DNA from: Patescibacteria group bacterium
Lineage (GTDB): Bacteria > Patescibacteriota > Patescibacteriia > SG8-24
Assembly: GCA_028714475.1 (NCBI GenBank)
Contig: JAQTNC010000005.1
Span: 6,857 to 70,856 of the forward strand
Direction of reading: 5' to 3'
Length of the DNA stretch: 64,000 bases
A program made the position numbers and the translations under genes. Of this stretch, positions 46,623 through 57,345 are shown piece after piece; within the stretch, counting starts at the first letter, position 1, and every line of letters begins with the position of its first letter. The notes beneath the pieces are model-generated. The model did not search any database. It worked only from the letters and a program-made list of their open reading frames with translations, and had not been told where the DNA came from.

Positions 46623-47309
46623 CTACTCCGCCGGCTCCGTCGGCGCTGGGACTTTCGCCCCGTTGCCAGCCGGCGCCGGCGAGAGGGTCACATCAATCTC
46701 GTCAGCCGTGAAGGAGGCGGCGCGAAGGATATCCTCCTTGGCTACCATAACCGTGAGCGTCTGTCCCGCCCGAAGGTCAGACAACTTGATCTCCGTTTGA
46801 CGGGTGCGGCTCGGCGGCGTCGGTCGCACAGGGGTTTTCCCGGCAGCCAAGTCAGCCGCGTATTGGCGTTGCGCCGCGTTGAATTCCTCGGCCGCCTTGG
46901 CGAGCTCTGCCGACGTCAGCGCCTCGGCCCTGTACAGCTTGGTGTCAGGGCCGACCTTGATTGTGCGTTGGGTGGGAGCCTGCTCGTCAAGCGGATTGCG
47001 GACGGTTTGGTTGGCCTCGATGACCAAAGAATCCGTGCCCACGGTCACGACCTTTCCGGCGAGTCGATGAATGGCCACGTTTTCAGGAAAGATGCGGGAA
47101 TCCGCAATCTTTTTCTGGGCCGACGCATAACCGGCTGCGAAACCGCCGTCAGTGGGATGGGTGCTGCCGACGGCGTAACCAGTGGCGTAAGCCACGGCCA
47201 CAACCACGGCCGCCGCGAGCCACGGCACGTATTTCCTTTTGAGGTGCGGCTTCAGGCCGGCCAAAGCCTTGCCGACGACCGGGGGAATATTTTTTTCTTC
47301 CATAGGCAT
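46623..47309 (-). CDS. membrane-anchored hypothetical protein with OB-fold/DUF5666-like domain
   Basis: TM then GKVVTVGTDSLVI...TIKVGPDTKL...LSDLRAGQTLTV. Confidence 0.7.
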   Translation of the reverse strand: MPMEEKNIPPVVGKALAGLKPHLKRKYVPWLAAAVVVAVAYATGYAVGSTHPTDGGFAAGYASAQKKIADSRIFPENVAIHRLAGKVVTVGTDSLVIEANQTVRNPLDEQAPTQRTIKVGPDTKLYRAEALTSAELAKAAEEFNAAQRQYAADLAAGKTPVRPTPPSRTRQTEIKLSDLRAGQTLTVMVAKEDILRAASFTADEIDVTLSPAPAGNGAKVPAPTEPAE

Positions 47310-47448
47310 ATGGTTAATGTCGGTGGTATCATAGCATATTTTTGCCCAAAAAATCATGTCTAAATCCTTGGCTTGTGGACAAGCCGGACAGGGTCGCTAA
47401 CTGGGCGGTTTTGTGTTATAGTTAAAGCGCATTAATATTGAATACGAT

Positions 47449-48351
47449 ATGTCCTTAACGGAAGGGCCAAAAGAGCCAAAAACGGAAAAAACGAGCCGTT
47501 TGGTCAGGCGGATTCACGCCCTCATGCTCGCCGTGGCGGTTTTTGCGTTGTCCGCATTGGCGGGCGGCTCCGTGACGAAGGTCGTGCTGGCTGCCCAGTA
47601 CCAGGAGCCAAGCGGCCAGCCGCCGACCGGCAACATCCCGGTCACGGTCTGGAACGCCTTGGATCTGCCGACCGGCACCGAGGCGCAGGCGGCGGCGATT
47701 TTCGTGAGCGGCGGCGGTCCGCCACCTGCCCGCGTCGGCCTACAGGTCGGCACCAAGGATTTGGACATGGGGGCGAGCGCCGACGGCCAGAACCTGGTAT
47801 ACGGCGTGACTGATTTCGACAAGATGAGTGCCGGCGATCGGCTGATGCTGCTCCAGACGGTGAAGGACAACACCTACACCGACCGGATGGTCGTGAACAA
47901 GACCGGCGACCTTTACGCTTCGGGAGCCATTGTTTCCGGAGGCAACCTCAACACCGACAGCTGTTTCGGTCCGACTTTCCAGGGACTCACGACGACGACC
48001 TACACCGGCAACCTCAACAGCGGAACCCAGGGGTATTATGCCGCTTCGACGGTGTGCGCGGAGATTTTCGGCGCGGGTGCGCACGTTTGTTCCTCCGCGG
48101 AGATGATGAGTAGCCTGAAATGCTCCACGGCTTTTCCGCCGCACAAGATTCGCGACGCGGCCTTGAGCGGCTCCGACGGCTGGATTCAGGATGGCCCGCC
48201 GGGCTACACCGCGCCGGCCCAGGATTGCATGGGTTGGCGGTCCAACGCGCCTGGCAACCTCGGTCGCATGTGGCGTTTTGACGCCGCGACCGGCGGACAG
48301 GGTTACCTAACGACTTGTAATCAGGCGGTCCGTTTTGCCTGTTGCCGCTGA
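47449..48351 (+). CDS. exported protein with C-terminal Cys-rich C-type-lectin-like (DUF1554-like) domain
   Basis: Signal/TM; AASTVC...AHVCSSAEM...DCMGW...TCNQAVRFACCR. Confidence 0.75.
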   Translation: MSLTEGPKEPKTEKTSRLVRRIHALMLAVAVFALSALAGGSVTKVVLAAQYQEPSGQPPTGNIPVTVWNALDLPTGTEAQAAAIFVSGGGPPPARVGLQVGTKDLDMGASADGQNLVYGVTDFDKMSAGDRLMLLQTVKDNTYTDRMVVNKTGDLYASGAIVSGGNLNTDSCFGPTFQGLTTTTYTGNLNSGTQGYYAASTVCAEIFGAGAHVCSSAEMMSSLKCSTAFPPHKIRDAALSGSDGWIQDGPPGYTAPAQDCMGWRSNAPGNLGRMWRFDAATGGQGYLTTCNQAVRFACCR

Positions 48352-48373
48352 CGACGGCATTGGCCATATGCAT

Positions 48374-51346
48374 ATGAACCAGAGGTCAGCTACCAAGAGG
48401 ACGATTCTTGCCGCGGCCACGGCATTCATCGCGACGTTCGCGGGAACGACGGCGGCGGTTGCCGCAGTGTGTCCGGACCACAACCCCAACTACTCCATCA
48501 TGTGCACCGGCGGCAATTCCTGGTGCGGCAACACCTGTCAGTCGGAACCGGTTTGCGTCGGCGAAAAATCCAAGGTTGACTGTTCGGGTTGCGGTTGCGT
48601 CTGTCCTGACGCACGGCCGAACGACTGCACGGGCGTGAACGGCCTGTGTCAGGAGACCAACGCCACCTGTGCCGCCCTGCACAAGCAGTCCGTCTGCGAC
48701 GCGACGCCGGGAGCCACCATCCAGCGCTGCGGCAACTGCGTTTCCGGCTATTCGCTCTGCGCGCCGGACACCTGTGTCGTCTCCACCAACCCCGCCTGTC
48801 CGCCGCCGGCCATCTGGGATCCCTGTGCCGGAACGTGTTCAGAAAAATATGTCCTCGCCAATCCGACGCCGGCTCAGTCGCCGCAATCGGTCAACCTGAA
48901 GATGAGCGGCAACATGTCGCTCGTCGGCGGCGACGTCTACCTGGCGAGCAACAAGGCGCTCCGTTTGGACGGCGCCGGACCGACCCTCCTCAACATCGGC
49001 AACTGGGATCTGGCCGGAACATCGGGGAACGTCATGGTTTGGGGCAGTCTGGGCGCCAACGATGGGCTGTTTGCCAACGCCATCTCGACCTTGCCGACGC
49101 CTGTCGGTCAGACGTTCGCCGACCTGCCGCCGAACAACACCGTCTGGACCGACAACATCTGCTTCAACGGCGGCACGAGATGTCGCAACTCCTGGCCGAT
49201 TGGCTTGCCGGAAATCGCCATTGCCGGCCAGACCGTGCGTTATACGGGTTCGGACTGGGTGGCGACATCCTTCCTGACCAACACGGGCACGGCCATCGGC
49301 ATCGGCACGGATACGCCCGGCTGGCCGCTCGACGTGCGCGTGAACGCGAGCACGGCCATGCTGAACCTGGACGACCAACTCGGCACGCTCTGGACCGGCG
49401 TCCGCCTGGCGCGCGTGACCGGCGTTGACCTCAACAAGGAGAAGTGGTTCGTGGGCATGAACAACGCCAATGAGCGGTTGAGCTTCATCCGCGACGGCGT
49501 AGCAACCTCCATGACGCTCGACACCAACGGCCGCGTCGGCATTGGCATCGCCGCGCCATCACAGCTCCTGAACGTCTACGGTGGAAACATCCGGGCGGAA
49601 CGGGGCAATGACGGCCTGAACGTGATGTATCAGCTGGCGAGCGAAACCGTCGGCAAAAGCTGGAGCTTCGGGATGGACGTCGAGGCGGCGGGGGTCGGCG
49701 ATTTCCGCCTCTCGCGCGGCAACTCCCTGAACAGCACCTATCTCTCGGTGTTGGCTGATTCCGGCCGCGTCGGCCTGAAGAACGCCGATCCCGGATTCGC
49801 TTTGGATGTCTCTGCCCAGCCGCCGGCGGATACCACGGCCATCGTTCGGATCGACCAGGGGAGCGGCGCGCCCAAGGTCTGGACCGGCTATCGAATGGAT
49901 CGCGTCCGCGGCGCGGAGCAATGGTTCCTCGGCATGAACGACACGGATGAAACGCTGCGCATTCGGTCTTCGAGCAGCGATGACCGCGTCGTCATTGACT
50001 CGGCGAACGGCAACGTCGGCATCGGCGACAGTACGCCGGCGGCGCTTTTGACGGTCGGCAACAACGAGCGGTTCACGGTTTCTTCGGCAGGCGATGTCGC
50101 GGCGGTCGGCAATTTGGCCGTCGGCGGCGGCCAGCTGACAACCACCTCGGTCGGCACGGCCAACGTCTTCAACACCAGTGCCACGGGGCTGAACATCGGC
50201 GGTGCCGCCTCGAACATGTCCATCGGACCGGGTGGCGCCACCGCCACGTCCATCAACCTCGCGGGCGGCGATACGGCCACCGGCTGCACCTTGAACGGCG
50301 CAACCGGAGATTTGGCCTGCTCGGGCAACATCACCGGCGGCAACGTTGGCAACCAGGGCTATTGGTCGCGCTCCGGCACCACCCTTCAGCCGAAAACCGC
50401 GGGTGACAACATCACCACCTCCGGCAACATCTCGACCACCGGCACCGGCGCTTTGAATATCGCCGGCAACGCGATTTTAGGGGACGGCCCGGGCCACAAC
50501 GTTATTTTCGGCGCCGGCGAAGCCATCCTGCAGGGTGGGCACCTGAACTTCGACTACAATACCTTTTATATTGACGCCGTGAACAACCGCTTGGGCTTCG
50601 GCACCAACGTCCCGGGCTACAAGATCGACGTCAGCTCGTCCTCCGACACCTCGATGATTCGTCTGGATAACGATACCGGCGCGTCGCGGCTGTGGACCGG
50701 CTTGCGGATGGATCGCGTCCGCGGCACGGAGAAATGGTTTCTCGGCATGAATGCCACTGACGAGAGTTTCCGGTTGCGTCGCGACGGCGGGACTGACGAC
50801 GTAATCGTGGATTCGACCGGCAAGGTCGGCATTGGCAGCACCCCATCATACAAGCTGGACGTGGCCGGCACGGTTCGGTCCACCGGCATTCGCATGGAAA
50901 CCGGCGCGGTCAACAACTACGTGCTCACGAGCGACGTGAACGGTCAGGCAAGCTGGCGGCCCATGCAGTACGCCGACGAATGCACGGGCGGCAAGTTCCA
51001 TCACCTGACGGCCGGAACCTACGACGGCAACGACCTCGGCAACTACAAGAACGTCGACAACGTCTGCGACGCCGGGAACCACATCTGCACCCCGGACGAG
51101 ATTCTGCGCACGGTGTACTGTTCGGCGTCCGGCACGCTGCCGGCCAGCGGTAACGCATGGGTCGCTAACGGCGCGCCGGGTTTCACCAAGCCAGCCTCCA
51201 ACGACTGCGCCGGCTGGACATCCGAAGCGGCCAACACCTACGGTGACTTCTGGGAATTCCAGGGCGACAACGGCGGCACGGGTTATGCCACCAGCTGCAA
51301 CGCCAAATACCCGATTGCGTGTTGTCGCGCGTACTGGTGGCTGTGA
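48374..51346 (+). CDS. large exported fibre protein: Cys-rich N-domain, GxVGIG repeats, lectin-like C-domain
   Basis: Signal peptide; 3 WTG...E(K/Q)WFxGMN modules; C-domain paralogous to that of the 47449 gene. Confidence 0.85.
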   Translation: MNQRSATKRTILAAATAFIATFAGTTAAVAAVCPDHNPNYSIMCTGGNSWCGNTCQSEPVCVGEKSKVDCSGCGCVCPDARPNDCTGVNGLCQETNATCAALHKQSVCDATPGATIQRCGNCVSGYSLCAPDTCVVSTNPACPPPAIWDPCAGTCSEKYVLANPTPAQSPQSVNLKMSGNMSLVGGDVYLASNKALRLDGAGPTLLNIGNWDLAGTSGNVMVWGSLGANDGLFANAISTLPTPVGQTFADLPPNNTVWTDNICFNGGTRCRNSWPIGLPEIAIAGQTVRYTGSDWVATSFLTNTGTAIGIGTDTPGWPLDVRVNASTAMLNLDDQLGTLWTGVRLARVTGVDLNKEKWFVGMNNANERLSFIRDGVATSMTLDTNGRVGIGIAAPSQLLNVYGGNIRAERGNDGLNVMYQLASETVGKSWSFGMDVEAAGVGDFRLSRGNSLNSTYLSVLADSGRVGLKNADPGFALDVSAQPPADTTAIVRIDQGSGAPKVWTGYRMDRVRGAEQWFLGMNDTDETLRIRSSSSDDRVVIDSANGNVGIGDSTPAALLTVGNNERFTVSSAGDVAAVGNLAVGGGQLTTTSVGTANVFNTSATGLNIGGAASNMSIGPGGATATSINLAGGDTATGCTLNGATGDLACSGNITGGNVGNQGYWSRSGTTLQPKTAGDNITTSGNISTTGTGALNIAGNAILGDGPGHNVIFGAGEAILQGGHLNFDYNTFYIDAVNNRLGFGTNVPGYKIDVSSSSDTSMIRLDNDTGASRLWTGLRMDRVRGTEKWFLGMNATDESFRLRRDGGTDDVIVDSTGKVGIGSTPSYKLDVAGTVRSTGIRMETGAVNNYVLTSDVNGQASWRPMQYADECTGGKFHHLTAGTYDGNDLGNYKNVDNVCDAGNHICTPDEILRTVYCSASGTLPASGNAWVANGAPGFTKPASNDCAGWTSEAANTYGDFWEFQGDNGGTGYATSCNAKYPIACCRAYWWL

Positions 51347-51395
51347 CCGCTATCCGCAATCCTCCTAATTTCGCCAACAATTTTTTGGAAAAATT

Positions 51396-54300
51396 ATGAA
51401 CAGGCACAACAACTTCGCGGCGCGGCTCGGGGATTGGTCGATTTCCCTGGTCGGTCCGGCGGTCATCGTAGGCGTTTTAGGTTGGATGGTCGGCGTGCAA
51501 CCGGTGCTCGCGGTTGACAAGTGCAAGGATTTTGGCCTGCCGTCCTTTAAATGTCCCGCGACCGCGACCCACGACGTCTGCGGAACGTCCCCGTTTTTCT
51601 ACTGTTTTTCCGGGGCTGATGACGCCTGCACCGGCGGCACTCCGGCACCGAACTACATTTTTGACTGTGAGAGCTGCTCCTGCAAATGTGATACCGCCAA
51701 TTTTCCCTGCGCCGGCTGTGCGGCCACGTCCGTGACGCCGGGGGGGAACTGTTCCCCGCCCAACAACGGTAAATACGCGAACGGCTGTCCGGAATCCTGC
51801 ACCTGTCCTTCCGGCACGACTAGGTGCATCAGCACCAACACCTGCGTCACCAATCAGTCCTGCCCGACCGGCATGACCTTCGACCCCTGCCTTCCTGGCT
51901 GCGTCACCCCGTACATCCTGCGCAGCCCAGCCACCGTGCAGGCCAACGCTTTCATTAATATAGACGGCAACGTCAAGACCGGCGGCGACCTGTATATGGC
52001 GGACGGCAAGGCCGTGCGTCTGGACAGCGCTGGGGCGACGGTGCTCAACATCGGCAATTGGGGCGGCGGCTCGTTCGCGGTCCGCGCTTTCGGTGCCTTG
52101 ACCGCTGACGGACGGATCGGTTCCGGAGCCCCTTCGCCGGCGTATCGGTTGGACATCGTGAGTGGCACCGACACCCAGGACATCCTTAATCTCAACGATC
52201 AGGACGGCAACGCCGCCAGCCGCGTCTGGACCGGCACCCGCTTGGCGCGTGAGTCCACGGAAAAGTGGTACATCGGCATGAACGCCACTTCTGACGATTT
52301 GCTCATGTCACGTAACGGCGGCGGCGTCGGCAACACCTCAATCTTCGTGAGCAACGCGACTGGCGATGTCGGTGTCGGCACGACCAACCCGACCGGCACT
52401 CTCTCCGTCGGCAACGGCGCCGTGACCCTTTTCTCGGTGGATGGCGCGACCGGCGACGTGGTGACGGCCGGCAACCTGGCCGTGAACGGCGGCAACCTCA
52501 CGACGACCGCCGGAATCTTCAACATCGCCGGCACGGCCTCGACCGTGAACCTCGGTGGCGGCGCGGCAAGCACCGGCTGTACCTTGGATGCCGACGGCAA
52601 TTTGGTCTGTGCCGGCACCATTACCTCATCCGGTTCCGGCGGCGGCGGCGCGGTCGGCTATTGGCAGCGCGGCGGCACGACCCTTTCGCCGGCGACAACC
52701 GACGATACCATCAGTACCGGCGGCAACATCATGACCACGGGCTCGGGGAGCATCACCTCGAACGGAAACCTGACGGTCAAGGGCGTCACCGTCTTGGGCG
52801 ACAATCCGGCGACGGACACGCTGACCCTGAACCTGCTGGACGTTCTCGTGCCGGGTGGCTTGAGTATCGACGCCGGCACGCTTTACGTTGATCCGGTCAA
52901 CAATCGCGTCGGCATCAGCCAAACCATCCCCGGTTACCGGTTCGACGTCAGCGCGGACAACGATTCGACCGCCATCGTACGCATTAATGACGACCGGGAC
53001 GGCAACACCGCCACGCGGCTTTGGACCGGCACGACGCTGTCGCGAGAAAGCCTGGAAAAATGGTTCCTCGGCATGAACGGCACCGATGACGACTTCACGC
53101 TCAACCGCAACGGCGGCGGGAGCGCGCTGACCGTGCTTAACAGCAACGGCTACGTTGGCATCGGCACGGACGACCCCGCGTCCCGTCTCGACGTCAATGG
53201 AACGGTCACATCGACCGGCATCGCGCTGGCTGGCGACTACACGCAGACCTCGGGCAATTTCACCTTCTCCGGCGGTGGCACGTTCTCGACCAGCGCGGCG
53301 AACACCACCCTCGGCACGACCAACATCGTGGCTGGCAAGACCATTACCCTCGGCGCCGCGGCCGGCGACCCGGCTGGCGCGAACGGCGCGATGTACTACA
53401 ACACCACCACCAACAACTTTCGCTGTTTCCAGGGCGGTGGCTGGACGGACTGTTATTCCGACGGCGCGGCAGTCGGGAGCGGCGTGAACGGGCAGGTCGT
53501 CTTCTGGACCGGCACGCGGTCCGTGGCCGGCGACAACGGTTTCTTCTGGGACAACATCACCAAACGCCTCGGCCTCGGCACGGTTAGCCCCGCATACCCC
53601 CTGGACATCCGCAACGACGGCGCCACGGGCACGACCGAGATGCGCCTCAATAACGACAACGCGACGAGGCTCTGGACCGGTACGGCGCTGTCGCGCCAGT
53701 CGAGCGAGAAATGGTTCATCGGCATGAACAGTAGCAACGATGACTTAAGCATCACGAGGAACGGCGATACCACCTCGATGCTGTCCGTCAGCAACGCGAC
53801 CGGCGACGTGACCGTGACGAACAACCTGGCCGTGAACGGCGGCACCATCTCCACGACGGCCGCAACGTTCAACCTGGCGCCGTCGGCAACGACCGTGAAC
53901 ATCGGCGGCGGCAGCGGCTCCACCGGCTGTTCCGTGGACGTGAACGGCAACCTCATCTGTTCAGGAACCATTTCGTCTGGCGGCGGCGGCGCGGTCGGCT
54001 ATTGGCAACGCGCTGGGACGACGCTCTCGCCGGCGACGGCGGGCGACGTCATCGCCACTTCCGGTGACATCCAGACGACGGGGGCGGGCAACATCCAGAC
54101 GACGGGCACCGGCGGCATCACGTCTAACGGCAACCTCTCCGTCAAGGGCAATACGACCTTGGGCGACGCTTTCGGCGACACCTTGACCATTAGCGGCCAG
54201 GCCGTCAACATCCCGAGCGGCCTCCTTTTCGGCGGCAACGCGCTGTTTTTGAGCAACAACACCAAGCGCGTCGCCATCGGCGCCGCTTCGGCCAGCTACC

Positions 54301-57140
54301 GTCTCGACATCGTCTCGGCCAACGACTCGCAAGTCATCATGCGGCTTAATGACGACAAGAACTACCCGACGTCACGGCTCTATACCGGCACGACTCTTTC
54401 GAGGGCCGGCACCGAGAAGTGGTTCCTCGGCATGAACTCCACGGACGACGACTTCACACTCAACCGCAACGCCGGTGCCAGCTCATCGTTCACCGTCCTA
54501 AACAGCAACGGCAACGTCGGCATCGGCACGGACAACCCTGCCCAGCCGCTCGACGTGAACGGCACGGCTCAAGTGGCCGGTTTCAAGATGCCGACCGGTG
54601 CGGCGGCCGGAAAGGTACTGATGTCGGACGCCAACGGCGTCGGCACTTGGCAACCCGTGGGGGTTGGTTCTGGTGTCGTGGCTGGTTCCGGCACGGCCGG
54701 ACAGGTGACATTCTGGGACGGTTCTTCTTCCATCACCGGCGACAACGCCCTTTACTGGGACAACGCCAGTAAACAGCTCGGCGTCGGCACCAACAGTCTC
54801 GTCGCCAGGCTGACCGTGGATGCGAGCGCCGGTGGCGAGGGCTTGAGCATCGCCACTTCAGCCGCGAGCAGTCCGCTCGACATCACTTCCGGCGGGCTGT
54901 CTGTCTTCAACGTTTCTCCGAGCGGCGGCGTGACGGCCGCGGAATCAGTGACCGCACCCTACGTCGGTGGCGCTTGGGTGGACGGCTCTTACCTAAGCGT
55001 CACGGGCGACGGCACGGTCGCCCGCATCACGACCGGGCACAATGATGCGGCGGAATTCTCCCAAATCATTTATAATTCAGCGAACGGCAGTGGCATCTCG
55101 GCTTACTCTAACGGCGGGACGGCGGCTTCTTTCGGCACCGGTAACGGCGTCGGGGGCGGCGCCTTGCCTCTCCGGTTGAGCACGAATTCCGGCAACGGCA
55201 TGAAGGAAATCTTGCGTCTGACGCGCGGCATATTCGGTGCTGGCGCCAATGGTGACGGCGGCAAGATCGTGTTTGAGAACGAGAAGTCCGACCAGACTTA
55301 CGGCGAGGTGGCAGGCATCGCTGGCATCACCGCTAACGCGAACCCCCTTCAGTGGCGCGGCGCGATGGCTTTCTACACGGTTCAAGACGGCGTTGAGCGC
55401 GAACGCGTCCGCATCGCGGAAAGCGGGGCGGTCGGCATCAATACAGATTCGCCGACCGAGATGCTGGAGGTGAATGGCGGCTACATCAAGTCCAACTGGG
55501 GTTTCTGCATCAACGCATCCTGCATCACCAGCTGGCCGACGGGCGGCGGCGGAACGGTCACGGGCAGCGGGACGCCCAGCTACGTGCCGAAATGGACGGG
55601 CGCCTCGGCCTTGTCGAACTCCCTGATTTATGATACCGGCTCTAATGTCGGCATCAGCGTCACCTCGCCCCAGAGCAAATTGGACGTGCAGGGAAATTTC
55701 CGGGTCGGTGGCGGCGATGGCATCCTTAACGTCGAAGCCCGAGGCTCCACGTACGGCTCCGAGACGCTGGCCATGCAGACGACCATCGACAACCGCAAGA
55801 TCAGCGACGGCTTTCCGTATGGGGGAGATGACCGGTACGTTCTCGCCCTGCAGCCCGACTATGGCCGCGTTGGCATCGGCACGGCGAGTCCGCGCAACAA
55901 GCTGGACGTGTGGGGCGGGGAAATCAACGTTACCGGCGCCGACATCAACGGCACCGCAGTCATTACTTCGAACGCCGGCACCGCCTATTACGGGAACAAC
56001 GCCTACGACAACGGCATCGCCATCGATCCCAGCGGCAATGTCGGCATCGGCGTGGCGCCGGGAGCCAAACTGCAGGTGCAGGGCGCCGGTGGCGTCAACG
56101 TTGATATGGTGGTCAACGGCCGCATCATGACCGGCGACGCCGGGGCTTCGGGCGGCATGTGGATCGATTCGGGCATGACCCGGTTCGTGGGCGACGACGG
56201 GGCCGGGGGCGTGGGCATCTGGAACAACGGTTGGCAGTTAGGGGTTTACCCCACTTACGTTAACGTTGCCCAGGGCCTGTCGATTTGGGGCTACACCGAC
56301 CTAACCGGGTTTACCGATTGGGGCGATGCTACGGTGACAGGATACCTGACGGTCAATGGCGGACCCGGCAACGCGGCCTTTAGTGTCGCGTCTCCGGCCG
56401 ATGTCACCATGCAGGCCATCCGCGCCGACGGCACCGGCAACTATACAGCCTTGTTCAACAATAGTGGTGCCACGAATGTCGCGACGATTGGGGTCAACAG
56501 CACCAACGGTTCCGCAGCCGCTTTCTCTACGGGAAATGCGGCTAAACCCGCAGTTACCATCTCCGCATCGGACAATAATTCGCAGGCCCTGCATGTCCAT
56601 CAAGGTCGCATTGGCATTATGGTCGATTCGCCTTCTTACCCCTTGGACATAGCCGGATCAGCGCACGCCACTGGTAGCTGGTTGACGTCAGATGTCCGTT
56701 GGAAGAAGGACGTACGGACCATCGATGACGCCCTCGAAAAGGTCAATGAGTTGCGCGGCGTCACGTTCTACTGGAAGACCGTCGAGTATCCGAACAAGGG
56801 ATTTGACGATCGGCAACACCTGGGCCTGATTGCCCAGGAGGTCGAGCCGGTTCTGCCGCAGGTCGTCAGCACCGACAATCAGGGCTATAAGTCGGTCGCG
56901 TATGATACGCTGGCCGCCCTGCTCGTCGAGGCCGTCAAGGAAGTCGACCAACAGGCAGTCAAGCTGGCTCCCGATGGCAGCGTGGTGCTGACCGGTGATT
57001 TGCAGGCCAACGAAAACCGATGGGGCGCGGCCAGCAACTGGATAGCCTGCCCCGAAAAAGGCGAGTGCGCCTGCCCGAACGGCTCCTACGTGACGCAGAT
57101 AAAGGATCGTGGCACTTGGATTCAATGTCATAAGCTCTAG
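51396..57140 (+). CDS. giant exported fibre protein with Peptidase_S74 intramolecular chaperone
   Basis: Cys-rich N-domain, 4 (W/Y)TG...EKW modules, many GNVGIG repeats, TSDVRWKKD...GLIAQEVE...VEAVKE. Confidence 0.9.
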   Translation: MNRHNNFAARLGDWSISLVGPAVIVGVLGWMVGVQPVLAVDKCKDFGLPSFKCPATATHDVCGTSPFFYCFSGADDACTGGTPAPNYIFDCESCSCKCDTANFPCAGCAATSVTPGGNCSPPNNGKYANGCPESCTCPSGTTRCISTNTCVTNQSCPTGMTFDPCLPGCVTPYILRSPATVQANAFINIDGNVKTGGDLYMADGKAVRLDSAGATVLNIGNWGGGSFAVRAFGALTADGRIGSGAPSPAYRLDIVSGTDTQDILNLNDQDGNAASRVWTGTRLARESTEKWYIGMNATSDDLLMSRNGGGVGNTSIFVSNATGDVGVGTTNPTGTLSVGNGAVTLFSVDGATGDVVTAGNLAVNGGNLTTTAGIFNIAGTASTVNLGGGAASTGCTLDADGNLVCAGTITSSGSGGGGAVGYWQRGGTTLSPATTDDTISTGGNIMTTGSGSITSNGNLTVKGVTVLGDNPATDTLTLNLLDVLVPGGLSIDAGTLYVDPVNNRVGISQTIPGYRFDVSADNDSTAIVRINDDRDGNTATRLWTGTTLSRESLEKWFLGMNGTDDDFTLNRNGGGSALTVLNSNGYVGIGTDDPASRLDVNGTVTSTGIALAGDYTQTSGNFTFSGGGTFSTSAANTTLGTTNIVAGKTITLGAAAGDPAGANGAMYYNTTTNNFRCFQGGGWTDCYSDGAAVGSGVNGQVVFWTGTRSVAGDNGFFWDNITKRLGLGTVSPAYPLDIRNDGATGTTEMRLNNDNATRLWTGTALSRQSSEKWFIGMNSSNDDLSITRNGDTTSMLSVSNATGDVTVTNNLAVNGGTISTTAATFNLAPSATTVNIGGGSGSTGCSVDVNGNLICSGTISSGGGGAVGYWQRAGTTLSPATAGDVIATSGDIQTTGAGNIQTTGTGGITSNGNLSVKGNTTLGDAFGDTLTISGQAVNIPSGLLFGGNALFLSNNTKRVAIGAASASYRLDIVSANDSQVIMRLNDDKNYPTSRLYTGTTLSRAGTEKWFLGMNSTDDDFTLNRNAGASSSFTVLNSNGNVGIGTDNPAQPLDVNGTAQVAGFKMPTGAAAGKVLMSDANGVGTWQPVGVGSGVVAGSGTAGQVTFWDGSSSITGDNALYWDNASKQLGVGTNSLVARLTVDASAGGEGLSIATSAASSPLDITSGGLSVFNVSPSGGVTAAESVTAPYVGGAWVDGSYLSVTGDGTVARITTGHNDAAEFSQIIYNSANGSGISAYSNGGTAASFGTGNGVGGGALPLRLSTNSGNGMKEILRLTRGIFGAGANGDGGKIVFENEKSDQTYGEVAGIAGITANANPLQWRGAMAFYTVQDGVERERVRIAESGAVGINTDSPTEMLEVNGGYIKSNWGFCINASCITSWPTGGGGTVTGSGTPSYVPKWTGASALSNSLIYDTGSNVGISVTSPQSKLDVQGNFRVGGGDGILNVEARGSTYGSETLAMQTTIDNRKISDGFPYGGDDRYVLALQPDYGRVGIGTASPRNKLDVWGGEINVTGADINGTAVITSNAGTAYYGNNAYDNGIAIDPSGNVGIGVAPGAKLQVQGAGGVNVDMVVNGRIMTGDAGASGGMWIDSGMTRFVGDDGAGGVGIWNNGWQLGVYPTYVNVAQGLSIWGYTDLTGFTDWGDATVTGYLTVNGGPGNAAFSVASPADVTMQAIRADGTGNYTALFNNSGATNVATIGVNSTNGSAAAFSTGNAAKPAVTISASDNNSQALHVHQGRIGIMVDSPSYPLDIAGSAHATGSWLTSDVRWKKDVRTIDDALEKVNELRGVTFYWKTVEYPNKGFDDRQHLGLIAQEVEPVLPQVVSTDNQGYKSVAYDTLAALLVEAVKEVDQQAVKLAPDGSVVLTGDLQANENRWGAASNWIACPEKGECACPNGSYVTQIKDRGTWIQCHKL

Positions 57141-57143
57141 AGC

Positions 57144-57177
57144 AAAAAGCCGTCTGGCCAAGCCAGACGGCTTTTTT
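57144..57177 (+). terminator. intrinsic terminator
   Basis: aaaaagccgtctggc-caa-gccagacggctttttt. Confidence 0.85.
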
Positions 57178-57180
57178 AGC

Positions 57181-57305
57181 GCTGAAGTACTGGAGTACTG
57201 AAGAGCTGAAGAAATTGCTGGAATCTTTTTTTGCCAAGTTTTTCCTCTTCAGCACTTCAGTACTTCTGCACTCCTGCACTGACTTCTCCAGCACCCCGGC
57301 ACTTC
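57181..57305. repeat. degenerate octamer repeats in inverted arrangement (CTGAAGTA / CTTCAGCA)
   Basis: ctgaagta-ctggagta-ctgaagag...cttcagca-cttcagta-cttctgca-ctcctgca. Confidence 0.65.
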
Positions 57306-57345
57306 CCAACTCCGCCCTTTTCGGCTATATTTATTGCTGGACCAT

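Noticed and set aside
51396-57140. Prophage tail fibre gene
   Set aside because: Has an N-terminal export signal, sits among host genes (cysS) and lacks baseplate, tail or capsid neighbours.
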